Positions 33,501 through 45,679 are shown, counted from the whole stretch's first letter. The stretch: 62,939 nt of DNA, filler included, from Aduncisulcus paluster (GCA_024181965.1; 5 parts of 5 records of this genome joined end to end with filler, not necessarily neighbours in it), one strand, 5' to 3'. The notes: generated by a model from the letters alone, not told the origin. Numbers and translations are program-made.

Positions 33501-35780
33501 GCTAGTTCTCGCACTGATCCTGCTCTGTCTATTTATGTATCCGGAATGAATCCTTATTCAGATTCTGTTAATGGCACATTTGATATCTCTAGTCTTTATC
33601 CTACATCCTTTTCAGGGCTGTTTGATCAAGCTGAACTCTTGAAACACGATTATGCTGTCTGCATCACACCTTTCATCTCGAACGATAGTGCGTCTGCCTC
33701 AAACAGTGGAGTCAGTGTATGTGGATGTCCCTCTGGAATGATTCGAATGACCGATCCTCGAAGCTCTTCATACGGAGAATGCATAACTCAGATCGAGAAA
33801 CCTACCCAACCTCTCGTAACCCTGAGTGCATCCCCATTACGTACAATATCAGGAATCCTTTACCTCAAGTTAGGAACAACTATGATGGTAAATTCATTGG
33901 AGAGTGAGTATTCAAGCAATCACTATTTTGTCTTTGAAGAGATCCCATACTCAACGGATGGCGCCACTCTTATTCCTTCTGACAAGAGGATATTCCGCTA
34001 TTCGAATGAATATACCCAAGCAACAGGCTTCACTCCCCTCCGATCAAGCAAAATCAATGTATATTCCTTCTATCAATCCGACACTGTGGCTTCTCTCTCA
34101 TCTTCATCCTCTTCCATCTCTGTGAATGTTGTGTCCATGTTTGCAACCCCTTCAACGTCAGTTGTTCCTGGCACTCTCATTGAAGAAATAATCCCAGTGT
34201 CTTTTGGATGTTCATCAGGAAGTTATCCGCAATACACAGTAATATCGGGTCTTGTCATCAACGGTGAGGGAACTACTGGTGTTGACGTACTGTCAAACGA
34301 TGATTTTCTGCAGAGAAGGAATGATAAAGCCGAAGGACTGGATGTGAACCTTAAGTACATATTTGAAGCATATCAAATACCAAGTTCCTGGCCATCTCTT
34401 GGTGTTGGATCCTCTGGATGGGTTGATTATGACTCCTCAAACCCTCCCTTGATATCGCCACCTCTTTCTATAGCTATGAAATGCACACCTGAGGATGATT
34501 CTGTGAGTGAAGCAAGCTCCATTCGAGTAGTATTTTATCCAGGAGATTTATGGGAGCCCGAGGAAGAAGAAGAAGAAGAGGAACCTGAAGAGGAAGAGCC
34601 AACAGTAATAAGCGATTTTACTGAGCTTGACTGGACATTTTCAAGTACGATGCTTGTGAGTTCTCTCTGTATTTCCATTCCAATTATTTCTGTCATTGTG
34701 TTCCTCATTGTGTGTATATTTAGAGCAATATTCCGGTGTTGTATCAGAAAGAGTTCTATATTTGATATCGATGCTCCTGGTCAACGAGAAAACTATCAAG
34801 TGATTCCTGTCGAACTCGAAAAAAGTGTTTCGGCTCAAGATCTCGTTAGTGTTGTTGGCAAGACTCCCAAGTCCTCTGTCAAACAACTCTCCAGGTCTGT
34901 ATCTCAAGCCCCCATCTCCCACCTTGTGACGAAGTATCTCGACAGTTTGGATTGTGCAGATCCTCATCCAATTGGAGTCCCTGTATCGTACATGTCTGAT
35001 GCATTCCCATTTGTTTGGTGCGATGATTTGGACGAACGAATTGAACAGCATATTCCTCTGAGAGTTGCTCTTTTCGTGAGTGATCCACTATGTGTCAAAC
35101 ATTTCAGGAAAAAGAAAGCAGCTTTGTCAGTTCAGCACATTCCTTTCTGGGCAAGGAAGCATTTTGACCTCCTAATGAACTATGTTGCCAAGTATGGGCT
35201 TCATCTCCGAAGTGTGGATATTCCTGAAGTTATTGAAGACGAAGAGGAGGAACAGGAGGCTCTACACCATATTCCCAAATGCCACAAGTGTAGCACATCA
35301 TTGGAGCGGGCCGCCTATCTTTGTGAAGCCTGTCGACGGAGTGATAGACCATTCCTATTGTGTAGAAAATGTGCCAACACATGTTTCCAAAAACAACACC
35401 TTGTATGTCCGATAATGCAATGTTCAAAATGTTGTTCCCATCACGTATGTTTGTACAATTTGGGAGCTCACCAGCAACAGAGACCATTGAGAGCAATTGG
35501 AAACAATGTGAATGAAGATTCATATTGGGAGAAATCTCCTTTATCCCCAACCGTTTGTGAGTTCATTTGCAAGGGATGTTACAAGAAACTCGATAAAACA
35601 TCCAGAGTATCTTTTTCAGAAACCCTTGCTTGTGATGTTTGCCGAGTTTTGGCTGCCGAAGTATTTTGTTGTAGTACAGGTCGTAAGATGTGCCTCGCAT
35701 GTGATCGGTTATGTCACAATATGGTTAATAGAACCTCTCACAAAAGAACTGTTATCGATTGTTATGGAAAACATCTGTAA
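30515..35780 (+). CDS. Large single-pass membrane protein, 5'-truncated, with Cys-rich ectodomain modules and cytoplasmic B-box-like zinc fingers
   Basis: Frame open from the contig start; CVTCPIGYGCDG and CGCPSGM modules; hydrophobic segment LCISIPIISVIVFLIVCIF then RAIFRCC; C-terminal CDVC..AEVFCC..MCLACDRLCH..HKR. Confidence 0.8.
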
Positions 35781-36325
35781 TAATCATGTTTCAAATTATC
35801 AGATAATTAATATCTATTAGCCAACCCCCTAATCCACTGGATTAAATCCAGACCATTCTGAAGAATATTTTATTTCTATTTTGTTTTTCATTTTTTTTAG
35901 ATTCCACTTACTCTTGTAATAAATATACCAATTAAGATAGTCTAAAATATACACAATCATTCGAACGGGAGTTCAAAATGTTTTCTCAATCAATTCAAGC
36001 AAATTGAATTATTGATTGAAGAAAATGAACATTATAAAACTNNNNNNNNNNNNNNNNNNNNTAATAATCATGTTTCAAATTATCAGATAATTAATATCTA
36101 TTAGCCAACCCCCTAATCCACTGGATTAAATCCAGACCATTCTGAAGAATATTTTATTTCTATTTTGTTTTTCATTTTTTTTAGATTCCACTTACTCTTT
36201 TAATAAATATACCAATTAAGATAGTCTAAAATATACACAATCATTCGAACGGGAGTTCAAAATGTTTTCTCAATCAATTCAAGCAAATTGAATTATTGAT
36301 TGAAGAAAATGAACATTATAAAACT
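35778..36325. repeat. Gap-flanking duplication (35778-36041 = 36062-36325) around 20-N gap 36042-36061
   Basis: Offset 284; one substitution seen. Confidence 0.9.
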
Positions 36326-36710
36326 TCAAAAACAAGATTTCCAAGGCAGGATACTGATAATCACGCAGAACCACCCATTCTCAATAATTTCCGGGTTTCG
36401 GCAGGAAAAGGCCTATTCAAGAAAAAAGCATAGGTGGATATAAAAGTTGATTAACACAAGGAAATATATCAACAATTTTGTCATGGTTTAATCAAGGTTT
36501 AGTATTATCGCATCGGTTTCATCGACGTTTTTTCCATCTGATCAACAAGCGGGAATAAAATATTTGTTTATTCAATAGCATTACTTAATTTTACTATTTC
36601 TTGAATTGCTCCTGACTTTGCTAATATTCATATTTTACATTTGATTGGCTTCCCCTTTCCATATTTCTTGACTTAAAGTCATATATATATGTAAGTTCGC
36701 CTAAAACAAG

Positions 36711-37235
36711 ATGTCTTCACTTGTCGTAAACCCCAATGTTATTACTGGCTTCGGAATGAGATTCCTTTTGTGCGATTCTCCAAAAGATGATCATATGGAC
36801 GATTTTGTCCAAATCTTTGTGAAGAATAAGGTTAAAAAAGTTGTTCGATTAACCAATCCAACATATAGTACCAAAATGTTGAATGCCAAAGGCATTTCTG
36901 TCATTGATTTGTCTTTTCCTGATGGTTCTCTTCCTACAGAAGAATTATTGGCAAGCTGGAGGGAAATAGTCGCTGACATATTCCCACCTGAACAAGTGGA
37001 AGCTAAAAGCAAAATCTCAGGTCCTGCAGAAGGCCATTCTTTATGTGTTCATTGTCTTGCAAGTTTAGGAAGGGCCCCCGTCTTAGTTGCCGTTGCTCTC
37101 ATTGACAGAGGATTCGATCAAACCGATGTTATTCAGCATATTAGAAAAGTGAGAAGGGGATGCTTCAATCGCAGTCAGATCGACTGGTTATTATCCTATT
37201 CTCCTCCATCCTCAACTGGGTGTTTTATTGTTTAA
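36711..37235 (+). CDS. PTP4A: PRL-type prenylated protein tyrosine phosphatase
   Basis: MRFLLCDSP, FPDG, VHCLASLGRAP (CX5R followed by Ala, PRL-typical), RRGCFN, C-terminal CAAX (CFIV). Confidence 0.92.
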   Translation: MSSLVVNPNVITGFGMRFLLCDSPKDDHMDDFVQIFVKNKVKKVVRLTNPTYSTKMLNAKGISVIDLSFPDGSLPTEELLASWREIVADIFPPEQVEAKSKISGPAEGHSLCVHCLASLGRAPVLVAVALIDRGFDQTDVIQHIRKVRRGCFNRSQIDWLLSYSPPSSTGCFIV

Positions 37236-37609
37236 CTAGCAAATTTCACCTTGGATATTCCCCAAAATATTGGTCTAAAATTATTCAATAAATCTTTCAG
37301 CTTTATTGTGATAGGATTGAATCCTAAGGATTCTAACTTCGGTCAAATCCCGAAATTATGTTCCTTAATTGTGTTTGAAATAACCACATAAAATCTAAAA
37401 TAAATTTCTCAATGAATAAGCCATTATTGAACCGAGCGAGCCAAAATCGAAAAAGATCTAAAATTCGCTGAATTCAATCGATACATAATAATTAATGAAA
37501 TATTATGAATGTTAAAGCATCAAAAAAAGGATCAACATTTGTTAATAATGTGTATTTTGTCGAGAAGAAATGTTAACTTTTAGCTAGCTTTTGACCACAA
37601 TTTGCAGCA

Positions 37610-38455
37610 ATGTCAAGTATGTAAAAGCTAATTTTTTATTTATTGTTCGTATATGTCTGATATTCTATTCTAATTATTTCAAAATTTTACTTTTCTTCAC
37701 TGGTCAAAGGTCCCGACTCTCCCAACAAAGCTAGAATTGAAAAGCTTACTCAACGTCTTTCTACGCTTAGATCATCTGGAAAGACTGAAAAAGACCTGCA
37801 TTTTGAGTCATTTGAATCACGTTTATCAGCTTTGGATAGAACTATTGCTGATTCCGTTACCGAGAGAGATAAACAACTTGCTGCTCTTGATACCCAGATC
37901 AAAGAGTTAAAACAAGGAATTGATAATGAAAAAAGTGCTCTAGAAGCCTTGACAGAATCAAAACAAAAGGATATTCAAATCGTTGCTCAAAGATTACTTG
38001 TTGCTCTCGAAGTTGAAAAAGATGAGCGTAAAAAGGGAGAATCCGCTGTTTTTAAGGCTCTTGATGAAAAGGTTTCTGATATAGCCAGTGATCTCTCCAG
38101 CAATATTCAAGAGCGTATTGCCAGTGATAAGGAACGTCAATCTATGGTAGATGTTGATATTCCCAAGTTAAGGGAGCGTCTTACATCAGAAGTCAACACT
38201 AGAGAAGACCAAGAGGGCCGTATCAAGCAGGAATTAACCAAGAAACTTGAGGAAGTTCATCTTCAGATTCAAGAAGAGAGAAGAAGAAGAGAAGAAAGTG
38301 AAAAGCGTTTTGTTGCTATGCTTGAAGAGACTAGTGCAAAATCTATTGAATCTCTTGAAAAAGAGAAGAAAGAAAGGGGAGCTGCTGAGGAAGATCTCAT
38401 GGTTCTCATCGAGGAGACTGTCAAGACTGAAAGAACCTTCTTCAAGGGTGTGTAA
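37610..38455 (+). CDS. SF-assemblin/beta-giardin family coiled-coil protein (250 aa); exons 37610-37616 and 37710-38455
   Basis: 93-nt intron GTATGT..AAG gives MSSPDSPNKARIEKL..; short Pro head then segmented coiled coil with repeated E.xxR...E units; size typical of the family. Confidence 0.75.
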
Positions 38456-38560
38456 TAGTATTTTAATAAACTAGAAAGTAATTTCAATTGAACAACAATT
38501 AATTATTCCCATTGAATTCATCAGATATTCTTCGATAATCACAGATCATTTTGGAAGGCA

Positions 38561-39568
38561 ATGGCAAAACTATCTGCTCTTGAAAAGGCGAAAAAACAGT
38601 TAACTTCAAGCCAATTTAGACAGATAAATGAAAAGTTGTACACATCATCATCTTCTGATGCTGTAAAGTTGATTGAATCAGATCCCCTTCTCTTTGATGT
38701 GTATCACTCGGGGTTTCGTGAACAAGTTAAAAAATGGCCAAAAAATCCAGTAGAAATATTCATTTCATGGATAAATACACCAAGATTACTTCATAAAAAG
38801 CTTGGATATACAAAAACTCGTGCCACAGCGTTCAAATATCCTTCTGTTGTGGCAAAAAAATATAAAATCGATTCTAAACGTGGAATATTTATTGTTGATA
38901 TGGGCTGTGGTGAGGCTAAGTTTGCTCAAGACGTGATGGATTTCGTTTCTTCTGACATTCATCCATCCCCCAAGACTTCCAAGGAAATTTTTAATTTTGT
39001 TCATTCATATGATCTATCAAGTCCCAATAAGTTTGTTAAGAAGGCTGATATGAGCCATGTTCCTCTTCCAGCGAATTCTGTTGATATAGTCTTATTTTGT
39101 ATATCTTTAATGGGAACAAATCTTAAAGACTTTATCCAAGAGGCAATCCGTATTTTGACTCCTTCTGGGCAGATATGGATTGCTGAAATAGGTTCAAGAA
39201 TGCCAAAACTTCAAAAGAAACCCTCTGCCGAATTATTCAAGAATATGGTTGAAAAGGAAGGATTATCATGTGTTGAGATGTTAGATATGAACTATTTTGT
39301 ATTATTTCGGTTTACAAAGGTAAAATCAAAAAAATCCGTCAAACCTAAATCTCTGGATGAGGGTAAAGGTATGGGTGGATCTAAGATGATCTCAAAAAAG
39401 GATACAAAGAAACAAGAGAAAGCTATTATATCGCATTCAAAGGTCCAACCAGATGTTCCCGATTTGTATCTTAATCCTTGTATTTATATGAAAAGAGATG
39501 GAAGTGAGGTGGTTCCTGGTCAAGAAGGGTTAAGAAGAAAACATTGGGGTTATAAAACCCATAAATAA
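38561..39568 (+). CDS. RRP8: rRNA m1A methyltransferase Rrp8/nucleomethylin
   Basis: FRQINEKLYT, YHSGFREQVKKWPKNPV, DMGCGEA, VHSYDL, FCISLMGTN, IAEIGSR. Confidence 0.95.
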   Translation: MAKLSALEKAKKQLTSSQFRQINEKLYTSSSSDAVKLIESDPLLFDVYHSGFREQVKKWPKNPVEIFISWINTPRLLHKKLGYTKTRATAFKYPSVVAKKYKIDSKRGIFIVDMGCGEAKFAQDVMDFVSSDIHPSPKTSKEIFNFVHSYDLSSPNKFVKKADMSHVPLPANSVDIVLFCISLMGTNLKDFIQEAIRILTPSGQIWIAEIGSRMPKLQKKPSAELFKNMVEKEGLSCVEMLDMNYFVLFRFTKVKSKKSVKPKSLDEGKGMGGSKMISKKDTKKQEKAIISHSKVQPDVPDLYLNPCIYMKRDGSEVVPGQEGLRRKHWGYKTHK

Positions 39569-39870
39569 CTTCATTATGACCAAATTTTGCATATGAGTTT
39601 GGTTGGTGTCTGGAATGGGGAAAATGATCTCAATATCATTTGATCTCATGAGTATTTACTTATATCACTAACATTTTATATTTCATCTTCTTGATTTCTC
39701 TAACCACATCATTGTTTTCTTTTCCTGCCAGACAGAGCAAAATTTTGAAGGTAACATTCAACAAAATAAATTAATAACATAAATATTAATTTGTCCTTAT
39801 CAACATAGATTCATTTTATTACTTATTCCACTGGCTGCAACAAAATCATTTTTCGAAGCGATAGCGGAAC

Positions 39871-40785
39871 ATGTTTGAGGCCAGATTAGACCAAAGTGTT
39901 TTATTCAAACGTATTATCGATGCCGTTAAAGAACTTGTTGAACAAGTGAACATTGAGTGTACTGCTTCTGGGATGGCCATTCAAGCCATGGATTCCACTC
40001 ATGTTGCTCTCATTCAACTTAATTTAAATAGTAGTGCCTTTTCTACATACAGATGTGAACCTAGTTGTACTCTTGGTATTGATGTAAAAGAAATCCAGAA
40101 AGTTTTCAAATCAGCTGGTGCTGATGACGCTCTTACCCTTCGTACTGATAGTGAAGATGCTGATATTCTCCGTATTATCTTCCAAAGTGAAGGAAAGAAG
40201 AGGTTATCTCAGTTTGATTTGAAACTCATGGATATTGATGAATCAAGTGTTGGTATTACCGAAAGGGAACATGATTTTGTTGCCCAAATTGATTCTGGTG
40301 AGTTCTTCCGTGTTTGTCGTGACTTAATGCAACTTGGAGACAAGTTTGATCTTCAAGGAAGTAAGAAAGGTCTCCAATTCCATGTTTCTGGGGATTCCAC
40401 AAGTGGAACTATTCTTCTCCAGCCCACTGATGCTGGTGTAGATGATGACTTTGATGAGGAGGATGAAGAAGGTAAGAGTTGTCTTCGTAAATTGGTTGTG
40501 AAGGCTGAGGTTCACCTTACAGTTTCCGGGCGTCAGTTGATGCACTTCTGTAAAGCCACTCCCTTGTCCGATGTTGTTGAACTTCGGATGAGTTCTAAGT
40601 CCCCTCTCTCCCTTGTCTATCCTATTGATAAAGGAGGAAACTTAACATATTACTTAGCTCCTAAAAAGGATACAGAAGAGGACGAAGACGAGGAAGAAAG
40701 TGGAAGCTCAGAGCATGAAGATGGAGAAGAGCAAGCTAATGAAGAGGTTAAGAACGAAGTGGATGAGAGCGAGAGTGATTTTTGA
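39871..40785 (+). CDS. PCNA: Proliferating cell nuclear antigen
   Basis: MFEARL, QAMDSTHVAL, LKLMDID, KATPLS, YYLAPK; extended acidic tail. Confidence 0.97.
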   Translation: MFEARLDQSVLFKRIIDAVKELVEQVNIECTASGMAIQAMDSTHVALIQLNLNSSAFSTYRCEPSCTLGIDVKEIQKVFKSAGADDALTLRTDSEDADILRIIFQSEGKKRLSQFDLKLMDIDESSVGITEREHDFVAQIDSGEFFRVCRDLMQLGDKFDLQGSKKGLQFHVSGDSTSGTILLQPTDAGVDDDFDEEDEEGKSCLRKLVVKAEVHLTVSGRQLMHFCKATPLSDVVELRMSSKSPLSLVYPIDKGGNLTYYLAPKKDTEEDEDEEESGSSEHEDGEEQANEEVKNEVDESESDF

Positions 40786-40954
40786 ATGTCTTATTAATAA
40801 ATCATCTTTTTCTTCTTTATTCCAGGGTAATATTTCCAAATGTTTTTTATGAAAGGAATAATGCATCTCAGAAAACTCTTTTTGAAGACTCCTCAGGAGT
40901 AATCTCGGAGATTAAAAAAAAAAAAAATCTTCATAGGTTTGGGTGTAATTCAGA

Positions 40955-41785
40955 ATGGATAAGGAAAAGGTACAAAAGGTTTTTGAATCATTACAGGGGG
41001 AACTAAAGAAATTAAAGATAATACAGAAAGAAAAAGCACTAGCTCCATATGAAAAGAGATGTTTACTCGAAAAGATATCTAAAACTGAAATTGATGTAGC
41101 AAAACTCCATAGAATGCTTTATCCTCGTCCAAAATTTCGGTTTTCTGCCCGTAAAAATAGAGTTATAGTTGCCAAACAGGAGGTAGATATCGGGATTGCA
41201 AATGAGATTGTTAAACAGGCGGCGAAAGATCAAAGAACATTTATTTTCAGTGATAATTCCAATATGTATCATAAAATATCTCTTTCTTCGTCACAAGATG
41301 TTCAGTTCGCCCGTCTTTCACTTTGTCGGGTTATTTGTCCCACTTGTAGCACGGCCTATCTTGATGATCTCAATCATTGTATCATAATATGTTCAAATGT
41401 TAGTGGTGCTGTCCATATTGAAAGATGCAAAAATTGTATTTTTGTATTGTCCTGCCACCAACTACGTATCCACAAAACTCATAATTGCTTGATGTTAAAT
41501 CATACAGGAAGTGATCCCATTATCGAGGAATCTGATGGATTACAAGTTGCCCCCCTCAATATTATATCTTCTGAATTCCCACGGGAAGATATTGATTTCA
41601 CAATGGATGAACTGAAAGACCCTTCAAAGATCATTGATTTACCAGCAATTCCAGAATATACTTCGCCAATTGAAAATAAGTGCATGAACATTAAAGATTT
41701 TTCATGGATGAAAGAAGAGGAAACACCAAACTGGAAGAAAATTTCACATATTACGATATTAGATGCAATAAAACAATATTGGTAA
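40955..41785 (+). CDS. TBCC: Tubulin-specific chaperone C
   Basis: PRPKFRFS, GAVHIERC, CHQLRIH, PIIEES, VAP, IKDFSWMK..PNW. Confidence 0.9.
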   Translation: MDKEKVQKVFESLQGELKKLKIIQKEKALAPYEKRCLLEKISKTEIDVAKLHRMLYPRPKFRFSARKNRVIVAKQEVDIGIANEIVKQAAKDQRTFIFSDNSNMYHKISLSSSQDVQFARLSLCRVICPTCSTAYLDDLNHCIIICSNVSGAVHIERCKNCIFVLSCHQLRIHKTHNCLMLNHTGSDPIIEESDGLQVAPLNIISSEFPREDIDFTMDELKDPSKIIDLPAIPEYTSPIENKCMNIKDFSWMKEEETPNWKKISHITILDAIKQYW

Positions 41786-42085
41786 TCCATTATCCAACTT
41801 CACTAATAATTTCTCATTATTTATCTTTAGCATCATGATTTTACAATGATATTTGGCAATTAAAACGACAACTTGTCTTTTTTGGCTGAATATATTTATT
41901 TATTCGTTCTCAATTTGTATATATGCTACATAGTAACATATTTATTCTTCGTTTACAAAAAGATATGATCTTTTTTTAATGACAACACTCGCAAAGTTCG
42001 TAGATTCTCTTGTCCATCATTACCAAGCGTGACTTGACGATTTCGTCTGCTTTTCAAGTTTTAAACCAATTTAATTACTTTTTAT

Positions 42086-44044
42086 ATGCTTTCATCAGTG
42101 GTCTGCTACAAATTATACGTTAAGGAGTTTCTCTCTCATGTCAAAGCCTTGGAAGGTGTGTATTTGAACAAATGTTCCATTATCCATGAACAATTAAGTG
42201 TTTCCTTTAGTGAAATTAAAGAATATCTTAATTATTTTAAAAGAAAACTTGATAAGAATGAGATTGAATATCACTCAACAATCACTGAAATTGAGAGGGT
42301 AAATCGGATAATTTTCCTCAAAAAACAAGAATATATGATCATTGAAAAAGATGAAGAAGGTGAAGAATGTCCATTATCTCCATCTCTCATTAAAGAACAA
42401 AAAGACTATCAGAAAAAACTTGATAGTCTACTGAAGGATAAAAAAGATTTCTTAAAGAAGCTTCATGATGCAGAAATCAAACGAAGAGAACTCAAACTTC
42501 AAGTAGAACAAAGAATCTCAAGATATTCAACAATTTTCACTCTCATTTCCTCAATTCGACAGATTCTCTCTGAAGAACAATTCGAATCCTCCAGCGAGAC
42601 ATCATTTAATGATTTTACCTCTCTCATTTCCTTTGATGATTTTAGTTCCGATGCACAACCACATACTCCCGCCAGACGTCTGTCTTCTCCAGTTACTCAT
42701 TCTCATCGAGAGGAAGAATTATCACATGGTGATAGAATTCTTCAAAGCGCTGTTGAGGCATTTCCACATCATCCATCGCCCCCTGATTCTGTTCAATCAA
42801 CAAGTAGAGAGACTGGTGTTAGCCTTGAAGAAATAGCCTCTCGGCCTTTGGGGATTGATTATATAAATCCTGCAACGATTGCAGCAGATATAAGTAACGA
42901 TGCGAACGATAGTTTGTTCTTAACTCCAATGCCTCGATCTCGTGATATTTCCGCATATGATCGAATGGCTCTCATTACGAGAACTCGATCCATTGAAGAT
43001 GAAAGTGATAGAGCAATGCAACATCTTTCTTCAGGTCAAAGGCATCAACAATCATGTCTATATCATATTGGAGGTGATAGAATAACATCAATTGATATCC
43101 ACTTTCTTGTAGAGGTGTCAAAGTATGTTACAAAAGTTTCAGATTCTTCATCGGACATGAAGGAGGTATCATCCTATCATTTAAGCAAAGTTTTCTTTAA
43201 AGAATTTGCTAAAATGATGAAAGAACTTGGAACTCAGATTTCTGAACTCCCTGTAAATATTTGTGTTCTGCCTTATTACCAACATGAACATGAACGAACA
43301 GTGCCATTTATAGGCACCCCTTCCTTTGGAAAAACGTGTACACAACGACACAAATATGTGTTTCGATCACAAATTGCAAGTGAGAAAGAGATTGAAGATT
43401 TTGTGGAAAGAATTGGAAAAGACATGGTAAGTGGACTTGAAACAAAAGATTTGATGGGATTTTCAGATGCATTCCAACACAATTGGGATTTTCTCCCTGA
43501 ACACCATGTTCAAAAACCTTTTCGACTTTTGTTTATTTTATCAGAGAATTCACTTGACTTACTCGCCCATAATGATTTAGAAGATGGTCTTCATCACAAT
43601 TTCATATTATTGTCCTCAAAAAGCTGTTTCACAAGTTCTAAACGAACTCTCGTAATTCCAGCAAAGAAAAGTGGGAGATTCAAACATTCTTCTCAGGTTA
43701 TTCAACTCACTCCAAATAACGTAGTGAAGAAAATATCGAGCAAAGGGTTTCTCTGTTCCACTCCAAGTGCATATTTCCATGATATGGGAAAGAAAGCATC
43801 TCTTTTCTTGAAACTAATTATTCGTTCAGCCATTATGTCAGTTCTAGGTTCAGCTCAAAAGTGGTCAACAATAACTCTTGATTTGTCCATATTGCTCGAT
43901 TTCTTTGATGAACCAGAACAATTTACTGTGAAAATGTTGAAACAATTGTTCATTGGGAAATCAGATATTGATTTTATGAAACTTTGGAAAGAAAATTTGA
44001 AAGATGCTGAAGATTTAGTGAAAAAGGGAGTGTTATTAACATAA
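42086..44044 (+). CDS. Hypothetical protein: N-terminal coiled coil, possible degenerate vWA-like C-terminal domain
   Basis: 652-aa ORF; DIHFLVEVS and FRLLFILSE resemble vWA strands (weak). Confidence 0.7.
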   Translation: MLSSVVCYKLYVKEFLSHVKALEGVYLNKCSIIHEQLSVSFSEIKEYLNYFKRKLDKNEIEYHSTITEIERVNRIIFLKKQEYMIIEKDEEGEECPLSPSLIKEQKDYQKKLDSLLKDKKDFLKKLHDAEIKRRELKLQVEQRISRYSTIFTLISSIRQILSEEQFESSSETSFNDFTSLISFDDFSSDAQPHTPARRLSSPVTHSHREEELSHGDRILQSAVEAFPHHPSPPDSVQSTSRETGVSLEEIASRPLGIDYINPATIAADISNDANDSLFLTPMPRSRDISAYDRMALITRTRSIEDESDRAMQHLSSGQRHQQSCLYHIGGDRITSIDIHFLVEVSKYVTKVSDSSSDMKEVSSYHLSKVFFKEFAKMMKELGTQISELPVNICVLPYYQHEHERTVPFIGTPSFGKTCTQRHKYVFRSQIASEKEIEDFVERIGKDMVSGLETKDLMGFSDAFQHNWDFLPEHHVQKPFRLLFILSENSLDLLAHNDLEDGLHHNFILLSSKSCFTSSKRTLVIPAKKSGRFKHSSQVIQLTPNNVVKKISSKGFLCSTPSAYFHDMGKKASLFLKLIIRSAIMSVLGSAQKWSTITLDLSILLDFFDEPEQFTVKMLKQLFIGKSDIDFMKLWKENLKDAEDLVKKGVLLT

Positions 44045-44146
44045 AATACATTTTGTCAGAAAAGTATAAATTTATTTATTGAGAGCCAATCACCCAAAGA
44101 ACAACATCAAGCCTAATATAATTGACTCAATCACTATTGAATTCAT

Positions 44147-45679
44147 TTAAGGTCCCCTTTCAGGTTCACAGACAAGAACATCATCAACTCTCAAAAACTG
44201 TTCAGCGGCTTCAGAGGCACTAATAAGAACTTGACGTTTGGATTTGAGACTTTCAGTGATTCCGATCTCCTCCATATCTCCAACACCTCCGGTTGTAATG
44301 TCGAGTCCAGCCCTGATATCACCTTTATAGTGAGCAGCCCTCAAAGCAGCAATAATATCGGAACTATCCATACCCCCATTCTCAGCAAGAATACCAGGAA
44401 TGGAACGAAGAGCAGTGGCATAGGCTTCCATGGCAAGGGATTCTTTCCCCTCAACAATACGAGCAGCGTCATCAACAGCCTTGGCCATAAGCATTTCACT
44501 GCATCCACCACCAAATACAACCTCACTCTCACCGATTGTCTGACTAAGAACACAAAGAGCATCATGAAGGGATCTCTCAGCCTCCTCGAGAATATGAGAA
44601 GAAGCTCCACGAAGCACAATAGTGCTAGCCTTGCTGTGATGAACTCCAGAGAAACGGATAAGACGATCTTCACCAATCACACATTCTTCAATCTTATCAC
44701 AATGTCCAATCTTCAGCAATTCAGGATGATCAAAAGTAGAGGCAATCTCACCACCACAAACAGAAGATAATCTCTCAACTCCTTCAAAATCAGCGTGTTC
44801 AATCACCATAACATTATGTCTGGATAAGTATTGCATTGGAATATCGTATACAAGAGATCTGTTCACAAAAACGTTCACACCACAATCAATAATCTTTTGA
44901 CACTTATCTTCCATACGCTTTTGTTCGGCACGTTCAATGGCAGCCATATCAGAGGCACTTTTAACACAAACTTGACTTCCATAGATCTTGATTTTATCGG
45001 TATCCATAGGAGTGTTGGCAATCATGATTTTACAATCTTCACATTGACGAGGACAACCAATTCCAATCTGTTTATCCATAATAAATCCATCATCAAGGTA
45101 AGAATCAGCCAATGAACTTCCAGATTTCTTGATGATCTGAATGAGAGTAAGATCAGTATCTCCCTCCAATTTAAGGACGGCATCAACGGCTAACTTTGAA
45201 AAAAGTTCCTTGTTATGGTGAAGAATCTTTGAAGATAAACATGTACGAGCAACATTCATCAAAGTTTCATAAAATTTTTTAGGATCCGCTTTATGATCTA
45301 CAGATGACTCGATAAGGGCTTTTTTTGCTATTTCACAAGACTTACGAAAACCAGAAATGATTGTCATTGGATGAAGCCCAGCTTCAAGGAGTTTTACAGC
45401 TTCTTTCAGGAGACAACCGGTCAAAACACAAACAGATGTAGTTCCATCTCCAATTTCTTTGTCCTGAACTTGAGACAAGTTAATAAGGAGTTGGGCAGCT
45501 GGAATATCAACGTGAATAGATTTCATGATTGTTGCACCATCATTGGTTATAGTAATAGCAGCTCCCGTACCAGATGCAGAAAGCAAAATCTTATCCTGAC
45601 CCTTGGGACCAAGAGTTGATTTTAAACTTTCAGCTAAAGTTATAGCACCTTCTAATTGCATTATATCCGCCCAAAACAT
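44147..45679 (-). CDS. CCT2: Chaperonin CCT/TRiC subunit beta
   Basis: STLGPKG, TNDGATI, QDKEIGDGTTSV, NTPMDTDKIKIYGS, IEHADFEGVERL, EAERSLHDALCVL. Confidence 0.95.
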   Translation of the reverse strand: MFWADIMQLEGAITLAESLKSTLGPKGQDKILLSASGTGAAITITNDGATIMKSIHVDIPAAQLLINLSQVQDKEIGDGTTSVCVLTGCLLKEAVKLLEAGLHPMTIISGFRKSCEIAKKALIESSVDHKADPKKFYETLMNVARTCLSSKILHHNKELFSKLAVDAVLKLEGDTDLTLIQIIKKSGSSLADSYLDDGFIMDKQIGIGCPRQCEDCKIMIANTPMDTDKIKIYGSQVCVKSASDMAAIERAEQKRMEDKCQKIIDCGVNVFVNRSLVYDIPMQYLSRHNVMVIEHADFEGVERLSSVCGGEIASTFDHPELLKIGHCDKIEECVIGEDRLIRFSGVHHSKASTIVLRGASSHILEEAERSLHDALCVLSQTIGESEVVFGGGCSEMLMAKAVDDAARIVEGKESLAMEAYATALRSIPGILAENGGMDSSDIIAALRAAHYKGDIRAGLDITTGGVGDMEEIGITESLKSKRQVLISASEAAEQFLRVDDVLVCEPERGP

